Below, piece by piece: positions 9,747 to 21,664 of a stretch of DNA of 64,000 bases (positions are counted from its first letter, which is position 1; each line of letters starts with the position of its first letter). Both the position numbers and the translations under genes were made by a program. The DNA comes from Minisyncoccota bacterium (lineage in GTDB: Bacteria > Patescibacteriota > Minisyncoccia > Phycocordibacterales > UBA9973), in the NCBI GenBank assembly GCA_041675085.1, contig JBAYUN010000002.1, positions 15,967-79,966 on the forward strand, read 5' to 3'. The notes under the pieces were generated by a model. The model had not been told where the DNA came from. It ran no database searches and saw nothing but the letters and a program-made list of their open reading frames with translations.

Positions 9747-10062
9747 TTTTCTTTACAGTCTTAACAACTTTCTTTGCGTCTTTTTTGATTTCTTTTACTT
9801 TAGTTTTTACTTCTTTTTGAACTTGCTTCTTGTCTACTTTTTGAATTTCTTTTTTTATTTTCTTGTACATAGGAGTCGCTTTTTTCTTCACTTCTTCTAT
9901 TAGCTCCATAGCTTCTTCTTTTAGCTCTTCGGTTAGCTTTATAACTTTTGCTCTATTCTTTTTACCATCAGGTCCCATAAACTCATAAGCTAAAGCTCCG
10001 ATAGCCCCTGCTACTACTCCCTTTTTCAACATACTACCATTTTCTTTTTTTTGTTTTTTCAT
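9718..10062 (-). CDS. YtxH-like Lys/Glu-rich small protein
   Basis: N-terminal GVVAGAIGALAYEFMGP Gly-zipper segment followed by a K/E-rich coiled coil. The paired DUF948-like gene lies upstream, as in the Firmicutes ytxG-ytxH arrangement. Confidence 0.45.
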   Translation of the reverse strand: MKKQKKENGSMLKKGVVAGAIGALAYEFMGPDGKKNRAKVIKLTEELKEEAMELIEEVKKKATPMYKKIKKEIQKVDKKQVQKEVKTKVKEIKKDAKKVVKTVKKNAKKVLFSK

Positions 10063-10084
10063 ATTTTTAAAATATTATTAATAA

Positions 10085-10345
10085 TTAATCAGTTTTACTT
10101 TTTCTATTTTTTCTTTTCTTTCCAAAAATAAATTTATACAAAACACTCTCTTCTAAGTTTTTAGCTAATTCTTCCACATGATCCCCTGCATAGTCGGCTC
10201 CATTTTTAATCTTACGAGAAATTGATTTAAAGTCACGCAAAATAGATATTATATAAATAATTGCAACGACTAAAAGAATAGTCAAAATAATAAAAGAGGC
10301 ACTAGATATAAAGAAAAATATTTCTGATTGTATAAGATTTTCCAT
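10085..10345 (-). CDS. DUF948-like small membrane protein
   Basis: N-terminal transmembrane segment followed by a charged helix. Confidence 0.4.
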   Translation of the reverse strand: MENLIQSEIFFFISSASFIILTILLVVAIIYIISILRDFKSISRKIKNGADYAGDHVEELAKNLEESVLYKFIFGKKRKNRKSKTD

Positions 10346-10401
10346 ACTTATATTATACCATTTCTTTCTTTTTTATGAAAATAGTGTAAATTTAATATAT
10401 T

Positions 10402-10487
10402 GGAGGCGTCGGATAGTGGTTTATTCCACCGACTTGGAAAGTCGGCATACCCAAAAGGTATCGTGAGTTCAAATCTCACCGCCTCCG
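10402..10487 (+). tRNA. tRNA-Ser(GGA)
   Basis: Cloverleaf with acceptor GGAGGCG/CGCCTCC. Anticodon stem CCGAC/GTCGG with loop TTGGAAA. Long variable arm. T-arm GTGAG-TTCAAAT-CTCAC. Discriminator G. No CCA is encoded. Confidence 0.85.
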
Positions 10488-10571
10488 CAAAACAAGGAAC
10501 AAAGTGACTATGTTTTGCGTGAGTGTAGTTCAAGGAGTGAAATGACTATGAACCCACCTCCGCAAAATAAC

Positions 10572-12671
<2,100 letters not shown>

Positions 12672-13274
12672 TTAATATCTTAACTCAATTTCACGTTCAA
12701 CTCTAGTCGGACTATTGGAAGTACAAGAGATATTGTCTCCTCCCGTATTGTATCCTTTTGAAACTATTATAGTCTCATCATCATCAGGGTCATTAATATC
12801 ATTAAAATCTTTAGTTACAGTAACAACAGCACAAGCCTTACCAGAAGTACCCAAATTAAATAAAATAAAAGTCCAAGGACCAGTAGGACTATATCCACCA
12901 GTAAAACCAAATTGATTTCTAGCACATTCTAGGGTCAAAGGCTCTGCTCCATTATACCCAAAAGGATTTTCATAGCCTCCGAAACTAGTTTGTACCCCTT
13001 TAAAATCATAATATAAAGCACATTCAATACCAGTATCAGAAGCAAAGAAAGCCTCTCCTGTATTTTTCGCAGATGTACCAAAACTGATTTCTTTGTAAGT
13101 AATATCTGCCAAACCTAAAGACACAGAAAGGATAATGCTAGTCAAAACTACTGCGAAAAGAATCACAAAGCCTTTATCTTTTTGATTTCTTTTTAGATTT
13201 ATTAAATTTTGTTTTTTAAATAAATTCATAATATTATTCTGCCCAATTTTTGAGATAATTAGAAAATGAAACAT
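12672..13274 (-). CDS. pilus-associated secreted protein (prepilin-like N-terminus lacking Glu5)
   Basis: KGFVILFAVVLTSII hydrophobic N-terminus. It is the last gene of the T4P cluster. The start is probably the internal Met (MNLFKK…). Confidence 0.4.
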   Translation of the reverse strand: MFHFLIISKIGQNNIMNLFKKQNLINLKRNQKDKGFVILFAVVLTSIILSVSLGLADITYKEISFGTSAKNTGEAFFASDTGIECALYYDFKGVQTSFGGYENPFGYNGAEPLTLECARNQFGFTGGYSPTGPWTFILFNLGTSGKACAVVTVTKDFNDINDPDDDETIIVSKGYNTGGDNISCTSNSPTRVEREIELRY

Positions 13275-13836
13275 TATAATTCTGAGTACCTTTTGTCCAA
13301 TAAACAGTAGAAACTACAATAATCTCTTTGTTTTCACCTATAGTATTTGCAGCATTAGTCAAATTCCTAACTTCAATTTTTCTAATAAAATTTGTCTCTG
13401 TACTGCTTGGATTATAATTATATCTTGTAATAGCGATATTCTCAGAATTATCATAACGTAATTTTGGACAAACTCCAGCAGGACATTCCGTAATAGTTAT
13501 AAATTTCATAGGCTGTGCAGAGCTAGTATAGTTCACGGTATTAGGATCAAAATAACAACCGTTACCTGTCTCACAAGGAGCTACTTTGAGACGAAAAGCT
13601 GTCCAACCGTCTGATTCAAATAATACATGAGTATCACGAATATTTTTCATATACTCTAAACCTTCTTGAGCCAAGAAGGTTGCTACTAGTTTATTCTTGG
13701 AATAGTTAGTATCGCCCACACTACCTCCAGAAAAAGAAAGTAAACTCAAGATAGCTCCAGTAAAAATAGAGATAGCCACCAGAGTCTCAACTAAAGTGAA
13801 CGCAGTATTTAATTTTTGTTTTTTGAAAAATTTCAT
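13234..13836 (-). CDS. type IV minor pilin/pseudopilin with prepilin-type N-terminal cleavage/methylation domain
   Basis: N-terminus …NTAFTLVETLVAISIF (class III signal, G-F-T-L-x-E). Confidence 0.7.
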   Translation of the reverse strand: MKFFKKQKLNTAFTLVETLVAISIFTGAILSLLSFSGGSVGDTNYSKNKLVATFLAQEGLEYMKNIRDTHVLFESDGWTAFRLKVAPCETGNGCYFDPNTVNYTSSAQPMKFITITECPAGVCPKLRYDNSENIAITRYNYNPSSTETNFIRKIEVRNLTNAANTIGENKEIIVVSTVYWTKGTQNYNVSFSNYLKNWAE

Positions 13837-13850
13837 ATTTTTATTTTGTA

Positions 13851-14471
13851 TTATTCGGCTATGTCTATAGTAGTTTGAGAGACTGAGTTTTGCAAAGCAA
13901 AAGGAGTTACCACACCTTTATACCTCATCTCTCCGACTAGTCTAATATTCACAAAAGGCTGTTGAGTGTCACCTGGTAAAGGTTCTGCACCTACTACAGA
14001 AAAACCAGAAACATTACTAAGATGAATCCCTTCGTCAGTAAGCTCTACCCAATTTACAGGAGTCGCGTCTGCGTCTATGGTTTTTAGAATTTTAAAAGTT
14101 TGCCCTAAGTCATATGATACAATAGAATACGCCCAGCGATCACGAGTAATAGCTTCTCTAAAAGAGATAGTCCCTCCAGTTATACAACTCTCTGTATCTG
14201 TAGCTGGGTCACTAAATGAAAGGTCAAGGCTACATTTATACTGATCCCCTGTTCTAATATTTCTAGACATGTCTTCCATAATAAAAGTCAGATTGTCCAT
14301 TATCGCCCGAGCGTCTTTAGCTTTATTTAAAATTACGTTGGCATTCAAGAGTGAATTCATACCCATAGTCACAATAATCAGGAAAAGAGAAATAGATATC
14401 ATCGTCTCGATGATAGTATATCCACCCTTATCACTCAGATTTTGTTTTTTATTTTTAAAAATATTTTTCAT
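13851..14471 (-). CDS. type IV minor pilin/pseudopilin
   Basis: N-terminus …KGGYTIIETMISISLF, a prepilin cleavage motif with Glu5. Confidence 0.7.
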   Translation of the reverse strand: MKNIFKNKKQNLSDKGGYTIIETMISISLFLIIVTMGMNSLLNANVILNKAKDARAIMDNLTFIMEDMSRNIRTGDQYKCSLDLSFSDPATDTESCITGGTISFREAITRDRWAYSIVSYDLGQTFKILKTIDADATPVNWVELTDEGIHLSNVSGFSVVGAEPLPGDTQQPFVNIRLVGEMRYKGVVTPFALQNSVSQTTIDIAE

Positions 14472-14474
14472 AAA

Positions 14475-15065
14475 TTATTTAATCTGCACTCTACCTGAAG
14501 GGTATATTTTAATAACCGAATAAATACCCACATTAGGGCTCGACAGAGTAATCTGTACAAATTGCAAATTTACTAGAGGAGTCAAGCTAGAACCTACATA
14601 AAATACAGCTCCTGAATTCGGTCTAGTAAAAGTTATGTGCAGAGGATTATTGATAGGATTAGGATTGTCATTCAAAAAATATTCAACATGGGAAATATAA
14701 TTACCCTTAGTGATATTTATACCACTTGTACATTCTGCTCCAGGACAGGTGTATTTCTTGTCTCCATTTATATCAGTAAAAATATTGAAAGTTTTGTCTG
14801 TATTAATATCAAAGTATACGCCATAAGAAGGACGCCAATTAAGAGGAGCTCCAGTCGCAGGCACACGCCCAGCGATAGAATTCTTTTGAGCTTCGGTGAC
14901 TTTCAAGGCGACGTCATTCGCAAGGTTCTTGATATCTACACGATCTTGGAATTCACCATAATTAAAAAGAGATACAGTAGATAGTAGAGCCACGATAGAT
15001 ATAACCACTATCAACTCAACATAAGTCATTCCCCTATTCTTTTGTACTGTTTTTAAAAAAGACAT
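14475..15065 (-). CDS. type IV minor pilin/pseudopilin
   Basis: N-terminus …RGMTYVELIVVISIVALLS, a prepilin motif. Confidence 0.7.
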   Translation of the reverse strand: MSFLKTVQKNRGMTYVELIVVISIVALLSTVSLFNYGEFQDRVDIKNLANDVALKVTEAQKNSIAGRVPATGAPLNWRPSYGVYFDINTDKTFNIFTDINGDKKYTCPGAECTSGINITKGNYISHVEYFLNDNPNPINNPLHITFTRPNSGAVFYVGSSLTPLVNLQFVQITLSSPNVGIYSVIKIYPSGRVQIK

Positions 15066-15070
15066 TTATA

Positions 15071-15856
15071 TTAATATATTGAAAACAAATTAAGTTCTAA
15101 AATAAAAGAGATAAAAGTTCCTAAAACTAAAAACGGAGCGAAAGGTATCTCGCTTTTTAGACCTTTAATTTTCTGTAACATTACCAACAAAATACCTACC
15201 ACGGCTCCAATCCAGAAAGCCAAGACCACAGCCGATAAACCAAAAGCAAGACCTAAGAAAAGTCCTAGACCTAGAGTGAGCTTTGCATCTCCAAAACCCA
15301 TCCAACGCCCACCAGAGACAAGCCAAAAGAAAGCAAAAGGCAGAGCGAGTAGTGCACCCGAGAATTCATAAAGACTAGGTATATGAACGTTGAACATAAA
15401 TTCTGAGAAAGTGAAAACTCCTGCAAAAGCCAAGGTACCAAAAACCAGAGACAAAACATCAGGGATTATCTTGTGACGAATATCGTAAACTGTAATCACA
15501 AGTAACAAAGAAAACATAGTAGCGTAGTATCCATAAGTAAAAGCAAACATAATAGGATCTACATAAAATACATATTCAAACTTTAAAAATAACAACAAGA
15601 AAGCCAAACCTGTAACGAATTCAACTAGAGGATACTGAAAAGAAATACCGGTCTTGCAGTGACGGCATCGTCCAGAAAGAAAACAATAAGAGAAAACAGG
15701 TACAAGGTCATACCAACGTATCTCTTCCCTGCAAGAAAAACAAAAGCTACGCCCGCCAAAAGTCTTGTGAGTATTGAGACGAAAAATAACTACATTCAAA
15801 AAACTTCCAATAACTAAACCTAGTAGAAAAAATATCGAAAATATAATTAAGTCCAT
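15071..15856 (-). CDS. pilD: prepilin peptidase (A24 family)
   Basis: N-terminal CxxC…CxxC (CFSCREE…CRHCK), polytopic membrane protein, and a conserved Asp pair region (GFGDAKL). Confidence 0.8.
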   Translation of the reverse strand: MDLIIFSIFFLLGLVIGSFLNVVIFRLNTHKTFGGRSFCFSCREEIRWYDLVPVFSYCFLSGRCRHCKTGISFQYPLVEFVTGLAFLLLFLKFEYVFYVDPIMFAFTYGYYATMFSLLLVITVYDIRHKIIPDVLSLVFGTLAFAGVFTFSEFMFNVHIPSLYEFSGALLALPFAFFWLVSGGRWMGFGDAKLTLGLGLFLGLAFGLSAVVLAFWIGAVVGILLVMLQKIKGLKSEIPFAPFLVLGTFISFILELNLFSIY

Positions 15857-15884
15857 TTATATATTATAGCAATATAAACTAAAC

Positions 15885-15912
15885 AAAAAAAGCCCCTCAT
15901 GGGGCTTTTTTT
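15885..15912 (-). terminator. intrinsic terminator after pilin gene 1
   Basis: gcccc-tcat-ggggc hairpin followed by a T-tract on the minus-strand transcript. Confidence 0.7.
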
Positions 15913-15919
15913 GAATTAA

Positions 15920-16429
15920 CTAATCACATAAAGCGATAGTTCCATTTGTTATTAGAGCATTTAGTTCTGCTTGAGTTGGAGAACCGTCTAAGGTAAGTTT
16001 TTTAGAACTACCAGCACCATCTACACACCAAGCTTCAGTATTAGGTTTTTCTTTCAACTGAATACCTATTGACCAAGAAGTCGCTGTAGACATACAAGAC
16101 TCTAATCCACCAGAATTTTTCATTGCCTCACTTACCTGAGCCCAGATTGTTGGATCAGCAAATAAAGTATCAGCAGTATTGGCACAAGCTCCTAAAGTAA
16201 AAGCAGTAGGAGTAGAATCAACTCCATATCCACCGTGAGTTGCTGCTAATAATTCTGCTTGACCTCTCATGTTTGCAAGATTAGATTTTATCGATGAATC
16301 CTGTCCTTTGTTTTTTCCTGAACCAAGTGATGTTAAAACAATTGCAGCAAGTATTCCAATAATAGACACAACAATCAATAACTCTATTAAAGTAAAACCT
16401 TTCTTGAAATTTAATTTTTTATAAAACAT
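15920..16429 (-). CDS. pilA: type IV major pilin (PilA-like) 1
   Basis: KKGFTLIELLIVVSIIGILAAIVL prepilin N-terminus and C-terminal Cys residues for a disulfide loop. Followed by a strong terminator. Confidence 0.8.
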   Translation of the reverse strand: MFYKKLNFKKGFTLIELLIVVSIIGILAAIVLTSLGSGKNKGQDSSIKSNLANMRGQAELLAATHGGYGVDSTPTAFTLGACANTADTLFADPTIWAQVSEAMKNSGGLESCMSTATSWSIGIQLKEKPNTEAWCVDGAGSSKKLTLDGSPTQAELNALITNGTIALCD

Positions 16430-16495
16430 TTTATATTTATTTAATTAATTAATAAGAATATAACTATAAATAATTATAACATATATAAATAAAAA

Positions 16496-16525
16496 AAATA
16501 AAGCCCCGAGAAGGGGCTTTATTTT
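16496..16525 (-). terminator. intrinsic terminator after pilin gene 2
   Basis: aagcccc-gagaa-ggggctt hairpin plus T-tract (read on the minus strand). Confidence 0.7.
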
Positions 16526-16552
16526 TAAAACAACTGATATCTTGATATTAGA

Positions 16553-16996
16553 TTATATACAAGCTACAGCTGTAGTACTCAATGTTGTTGCATTTGCAGC
16601 AGTTTGACCCTTAGAATTACCTACAGAATCAACACACCAAGTAGTAAAAGTACCTTCTGCTGCTTTTAATACAGAATAAGCCGCCCAAGCACTAGCAGAA
16701 TCATTACAATCGTTAGTTACTGTTCCTATTGCACCACCTCCAGCAGTTGCTGCTCCAGCCATTGCTCTAACAACAGCAGGATCAGCACAAACGTTATCAT
16801 AACTTCCAGAATCATTATCATACACGATTTCTGCTTGTGCACGGATTCCTGACAAGTTAGCTTTGACTGAAGCATTAGCACCTTTACTTCTAGCTGTGTT
16901 TAGTGAAGCTAAAACAACAGAAGCCAAGATACCGATGATTGCAACAACAACCAACAATTCTATCAATGTAAAACCTTTTTTGAAATTTAATTTCAT
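16553..16996 (-). CDS. pilA: type IV major pilin (PilA-like) 2
   Basis: MKLNFKKGFTLIELLVVVAIIGILASVVL. It is paralogous to the downstream pilin but has a divergent C-terminal globular part. Confidence 0.8.
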   Translation of the reverse strand: MKLNFKKGFTLIELLVVVAIIGILASVVLASLNTARSKGANASVKANLSGIRAQAEIVYDNDSGSYDNVCADPAVVRAMAGAATAGGGAIGTVTNDCNDSASAWAAYSVLKAAEGTFTTWCVDSVGNSKGQTAANATTLSTTAVACI

Positions 16997-17112
16997 ATTT
17001 TTTTATAATAAACTTTTAATAATTTTAATAAAATAATTTCGACTTTATTTTTATGCTTAAATTATAACATAATCCTAAAATAGTGAGGCAAATGAGTTAT
17101 CCACAGACCATA

Positions 17113-17150
17113 AAACAAAAGCCCTCCGCCTAAGGCGGAGGGCTTTTTAA
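17113..17150 (-). terminator. intrinsic terminator after pilC
   Basis: gccctccgcc-taag-gcggagggc hairpin flanked by A and T tracts. Confidence 0.65.
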
Positions 17151-17156
17151 AATCTT

Positions 17157-18365
17157 TTAGCCTATTCCTCCAGCGAGGTTATAAATAGGCACGAGCACCG
17201 ATACGAGAAGTATACCAACTCCGAGACCGAGCACCACGATCATTACAGGTTCGATAAGTCCGATGAGAGTATCAACAGCATCATCAACCTCACGTTTATA
17301 GAAATCGGCTAGAGTCTTCAATATCTGACCCAAGGATCCGGTCTCTTCTCCGACTTTCACCATCTGCACCATGATACCTGGAATAAATTCTCCATACTTT
17401 TCAAAAGATTGAGACAATGACGCACCAGACTTCACATTCTCAGCTACTTCTTTCAATATACTTTTATATACTCTACTACTAACGACGTCGGCAGTAATAT
17501 CTATCGAACGAATAATAGGAATACCAGAGACTAGCATCGTGTCTAGGTTATCAGCAATACGAGAAAGGAAAAGTTTCTTGTACAAATCACCTACTACTGG
17601 TATAGATAGTCGAGCCTTGTCTATATAATTCTTACCAGCTTCACTACGAGAAACACTAAATACCCAAATTCCAAATATTACCAAGAATATCAAAGCGATA
17701 AAACCATAATTCACAAAGAAATCCGAGATAGCGATAATAATCTTGGTATAAACAGGTATTTCTTGTCCTGAATCAAGCAAAATACTAGAGAGCTTTGGGA
17801 TAACAACAGTAAACATAACAGTCATAACTACAAAGAAAGTCAGGATAACGAAGAGCGGATATATGAGGGCGTTTTTAGTCTTGGAAGTAAGGGCATATTG
17901 ACGATCGAGATATTCAGACAAGTGTAAAAAGGTTTGGTTCAATTTACCTGTCTCTTCTCCAGCTTTGACCATGTTTACATAAAATTCTGAGAAGACTTCT
18001 GGATGTTTACCTAAAGCTCCAGAAATAGATACTCCAGACTGCAAATCGTCTCCGACTTCTACGAGCTTTCTGCCGAGTAGTTTGTTCTCTGAATTTGTCG
18101 CAAGCATACTAAATGCTTTTAGGGCCGAGACTTGGGCTTCGAAAAGAGTAGATATCTGACGAGAAAGAATAACGATATCTTTAGTTGAAACTTTATCAAA
18201 AAAAGACATCTGCAACACTGATTTTTCTCCGTCAGACTGCTCTATAGCTACCACAATAAGACCTCTGCGTTGCAATCCACTGATAGCAAGATCACGGTTT
18301 GGAGCGTCTATCTCCCCTTCTTTTTTTATTCCTTTTTCATCTACTGATTTATATTTGAATAGCAT
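17157..18365 (-). CDS. pilC: type IV pilus platform protein PilC (GspF family)
   Basis: 402-aa protein with duplicated GspF-like domains and three transmembrane segments. Confidence 0.8.
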   Translation of the reverse strand: MLFKYKSVDEKGIKKEGEIDAPNRDLAISGLQRRGLIVVAIEQSDGEKSVLQMSFFDKVSTKDIVILSRQISTLFEAQVSALKAFSMLATNSENKLLGRKLVEVGDDLQSGVSISGALGKHPEVFSEFYVNMVKAGEETGKLNQTFLHLSEYLDRQYALTSKTKNALIYPLFVILTFFVVMTVMFTVVIPKLSSILLDSGQEIPVYTKIIIAISDFFVNYGFIALIFLVIFGIWVFSVSRSEAGKNYIDKARLSIPVVGDLYKKLFLSRIADNLDTMLVSGIPIIRSIDITADVVSSRVYKSILKEVAENVKSGASLSQSFEKYGEFIPGIMVQMVKVGEETGSLGQILKTLADFYKREVDDAVDTLIGLIEPVMIVVLGLGVGILLVSVLVPIYNLAGGIG

Positions 18366-18398
18366 ATAGGTTAGTTCTAAAGTTAAAAGTTATAAATT

Positions 18399-19457
18399 TT
18401 AAAGCATTCTTTCTAGCCCTTTTGGGTTGAGAGAATATAGATAAGCATTCTCGATAGATATCTCACCTTTTCTAACTAAATCCAATAAAGAGTGATTGAG
18501 GTCTATCATACCTGACTCCATGCCTGTCTCTATGACGACGTCTATCTCGTGAGTTCTTTTTTCGCGAATTAGATTGGCTACAGCATTGTTGTTTAACAAT
18601 AATTCATACGCAGGGATAAGTCCTCCTGTAATTCTAGGAATTAATCTTTGAGAAAATATTCCTAATAACGAAGAAGACAATTGCACTCTGATCTGGTCTT
18701 GTTGATTACTCGGGAAAGAGTCTATGATTCTGTCTATGGTTTGAGAAGCGTTGTTGGTGTGGAGAGTAGACAAGACCAAGTGACCTGTCTCAGCTGCAGT
18801 CACAGCGGTAGCGATAGTCTCAGGAGTACGCATCTCACCTATCATGATAACATTTACGTCTTCACGAAATACAGACTGTAGGGCTTTATGGAAATCTTTG
18901 GTATCAATACCGACTTCGCGTTGATTGATGATAGATTTATCGGGAGTGTACATGTATTCTATTGGGTCTTCTATAGTGACTATGTGACGGTTTTGCTCTT
19001 TGTTTATGATATTAATCATAGAAGAAAGAGTGGTGGATTTACCTTGACCGACTGGACCTACGACTAAAAAGAAACCTTGCTTCTTACGTGCAATATCAGA
19101 AATAATTTGAGGGAGATTGAGTTCGTCCATAGGGCGAACTTTTGGGATAAGTCTCATGACTACGTTAATAAAACCTTTTTGAAAAAATGCATTACAACGT
19201 AAACGAGCTTCACCTTTGAAATCATACGAGAAATCTAATTCTTGGTTTTCCAAAAAAGAATCTAGTCTTTTTTGATCTATCATAATAGATAAAATACCAA
19301 GCATGTCTTCTTTGGACAATATTGGATGTTTTACTAAAAAAATAAGTTCTCCGTACACACGCATAGCCGGCACTCGTCCGCCACCTAAATGGAGATCCGA
19401 TCCTCCTTCACGTATAACTGTTAAAATAAGATTTTCTAATTCTTGTTTATAATCCAT
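18399..19457 (-). CDS. pilT: twitching motility ATPase PilT (retraction ATPase)
   Basis: ARLRCNAF motif, Walker A GPVGQGKSTT, Walker B/His box, about 350 aa. Confidence 0.8.
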   Translation of the reverse strand: MDYKQELENLILTVIREGGSDLHLGGGRVPAMRVYGELIFLVKHPILSKEDMLGILSIMIDQKRLDSFLENQELDFSYDFKGEARLRCNAFFQKGFINVVMRLIPKVRPMDELNLPQIISDIARKKQGFFLVVGPVGQGKSTTLSSMINIINKEQNRHIVTIEDPIEYMYTPDKSIINQREVGIDTKDFHKALQSVFREDVNVIMIGEMRTPETIATAVTAAETGHLVLSTLHTNNASQTIDRIIDSFPSNQQDQIRVQLSSSLLGIFSQRLIPRITGGLIPAYELLLNNNAVANLIREKRTHEIDVVIETGMESGMIDLNHSLLDLVRKGEISIENAYLYSLNPKGLERML

Positions 19458-19885
19458 TAATTTGAAGCTAATTTATTAAATGTACTCTTGTCTGTTAAAA
19501 TACCAATAACTTTATTGACAACTTCACTCGGTACTGAGTTTGCTTTTATAATATATCCAGATACACCTAGAGACATACCCTTGTCTACGTCGGATTGTTG
19601 ATTCTTATTAGATAAAATAATCTTAACGGTATCTTTACACATTTCTTCTTCTTGTATTTTCTCTAAGGCTTCAAAGCCATTCATCTCAGGCATGATAACA
19701 TCAATCAATAGTATGTCTGGAGTCAAGCCTTCCTTTAGTTTATCTATAGCTCCTGCGCCATTGGTCGCAGTAAATACATCAAAATTATGTTGACTGAATT
19801 TAAAAGCATACATATCTAAAAGAAAACTATCGTCGTCCACTATTAAAATTTTTTTCTTTTCTCCTTCCATATGCTTATTATACAA
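19457..19885 (-). CDS. CheY-like response regulator receiver (stand-alone, PilH-like)
   Basis: KILIVDDD…DILLIDVIMPEMNGFE…KIILSN receiver motifs. Embedded between pilB and pilT. Confidence 0.7.
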   Translation of the reverse strand: MYNKHMEGEKKKILIVDDDSFLLDMYAFKFSQHNFDVFTATNGAGAIDKLKEGLTPDILLIDVIMPEMNGFEALEKIQEEEMCKDTVKIILSNKNQQSDVDKGMSLGVSGYIIKANSVPSEVVNKVIGILTDKSTFNKLASN

Positions 19886-19905
19886 TAATTAATTTAAAAA
19901 ATATA

Positions 19906-21663
19906 TTATTCTCCTTCTGTAGCAAAATTGTACACATCACTATAAGGGATAATACCTTCGATGGCTTTCAACATGGCGTCTTCTTTCATAGTAATCATAC
20001 CGTTATTTCTAGCGATTTTGTAAATCTCAGCATAAGTAGGATTTTTCAAAATAGCATTTTGAATCTCTTTATCTATCTTGAACATTTCAAAAATAGCAGT
20101 ACGCCCTTTGGTTCCAGAGGCACATTCAGTAGAAGACACAGTATCGTACATCTCGGGTTTGAGAATAATTTTACTTCTAAATTCTTCTGGTAAATCTTTG
20201 ATTTCTTCTTCTATTTGTAATTTGATACTAGGGTCCATAGGGACTAGTTTGCGTGAAGTTGGGCAAGTAGTACGAGCCAGACGCTGAGCTACAGATAATA
20301 TCAAAGTCGGAGCGATAAGGTACGGATCAACTCCCATGTCCACAAGACGAGGAATAGCTCCGATGGAATTGTTGGTGTGGAGAGTAGACAATACCAAGTG
20401 ACCAGTCAAGGCGGCTTGAATAGCGAGCTGAGCTGTTTCTTTATCACGTATTTCTCCTACGATAATAATATCAGGGTCCTGACGTAAGATAGAACGTAAT
20501 CCAGATGCAAAAGTATAACCTATCTCTGGCAAAACTTGGGATTGGTTGATGTCTGGCATATGATACTCGACTGGGTCTTCGAGGGTGACGATATTACTCG
20601 TCTCTTTATCGAGTTCATTCATTACAGAGTAAAGTGTGGTTGATTTTCCGGAACCAGTAGGACCAGTAACTAGTATAAGTCCGTACGGCTTACGTATAGC
20701 TTCTTTGATAAGTCCTAAGTTTGTAGGAGACATGCCGAGCTCGTCTAAAGCTTTTACTCCCCTTTCAGAATCCAAAATACGCATCACAACTTTTTCTCCA
20801 TAATATCCCGGCATAGTCGATACACGAAAATCTATTTTGCGTCCTTCGAGATTGGTGCTAAAAGATCCATCTTGAGGTTTTCTTTTTTCATCTAGACGTA
20901 ATTTTGCTAAAATTTTAATACGAGCCACAACACCGTTGTGAACATTGGTAGGTAAAATAATAGTAGTATGGAGTGAGCCGTCAACACGATAACGGACTTT
21001 TACTTTCTCACCTCCATGCTCTATGTGAATATCAGAAGCACTACCTTCTATGGCATTTTTTAGTATAACTGCTACGATTTTAATAATCGGTGCATCTTCT
21101 ACTATTTTAGCTTCTTTACCTTGTGTGATATTTTTGATTTCATCGTTAAGACTATTGTCATCAATAACTTTAGTTTGATTTTCTTTTACTTCTTCAGGCT
21201 TATCGAAACCGTCTAGAGCCTCTTCGACTTGCACAGAGACTCCTTCATAGGCAGACATGATTTCTTCATAGTCACTCTTTGTAATAAGGAAAATTTTGAA
21301 AGGTAGACCTATCTTTGAAGAGATGAATTGTAAAGCATCTATACCTTGCATATTCTCAGGATCAGTAATACCAACTTCGAGCACACCTTCGTTCAATGCA
21401 AAAGGGGCAAAATGATAATATTTTGCTGAATCTGCGGGTATGTATTTTAAAACACTAAATGCAATATCTTTTTTATTGATTTTACGTGTTGGTAGATTAA
21501 AAAATTCACCTTTTACTATGAGCGACTGATCTTCAGTAACGCCGAATTCATGTAAAGCAGTATCGATATCGCCACCGTACTTTTGATTGGCACGATTTTT
21601 AATCTCCAATATTTGGTTCTGATTTATTAAACCTCTTTTTACTAATTCTTCTAAGAAACTCAT
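19906..21663 (-). CDS. pilB: type IV pilus assembly ATPase PilB (GspE family)
   Basis: N-terminal GSPII domain, Walker A GPTGSGKSTTL, Asp box, His box. Confidence 0.85.
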   Translation of the reverse strand: MSFLEELVKRGLINQNQILEIKNRANQKYGGDIDTALHEFGVTEDQSLIVKGEFFNLPTRKINKKDIAFSVLKYIPADSAKYYHFAPFALNEGVLEVGITDPENMQGIDALQFISSKIGLPFKIFLITKSDYEEIMSAYEGVSVQVEEALDGFDKPEEVKENQTKVIDDNSLNDEIKNITQGKEAKIVEDAPIIKIVAVILKNAIEGSASDIHIEHGGEKVKVRYRVDGSLHTTIILPTNVHNGVVARIKILAKLRLDEKRKPQDGSFSTNLEGRKIDFRVSTMPGYYGEKVVMRILDSERGVKALDELGMSPTNLGLIKEAIRKPYGLILVTGPTGSGKSTTLYSVMNELDKETSNIVTLEDPVEYHMPDINQSQVLPEIGYTFASGLRSILRQDPDIIIVGEIRDKETAQLAIQAALTGHLVLSTLHTNNSIGAIPRLVDMGVDPYLIAPTLILSVAQRLARTTCPTSRKLVPMDPSIKLQIEEEIKDLPEEFRSKIILKPEMYDTVSSTECASGTKGRTAIFEMFKIDKEIQNAILKNPTYAEIYKIARNNGMITMKEDAMLKAIEGIIPYSDVYNFATEGE

Positions 21664-21664
21664 A

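Noticed and set aside
10348-10533. 61-aa minus-strand ORF
   Set aside because: Overlaps the tRNA-Ser(GGA) gene on the opposite strand. It is a spurious ORF spanning a structural RNA.
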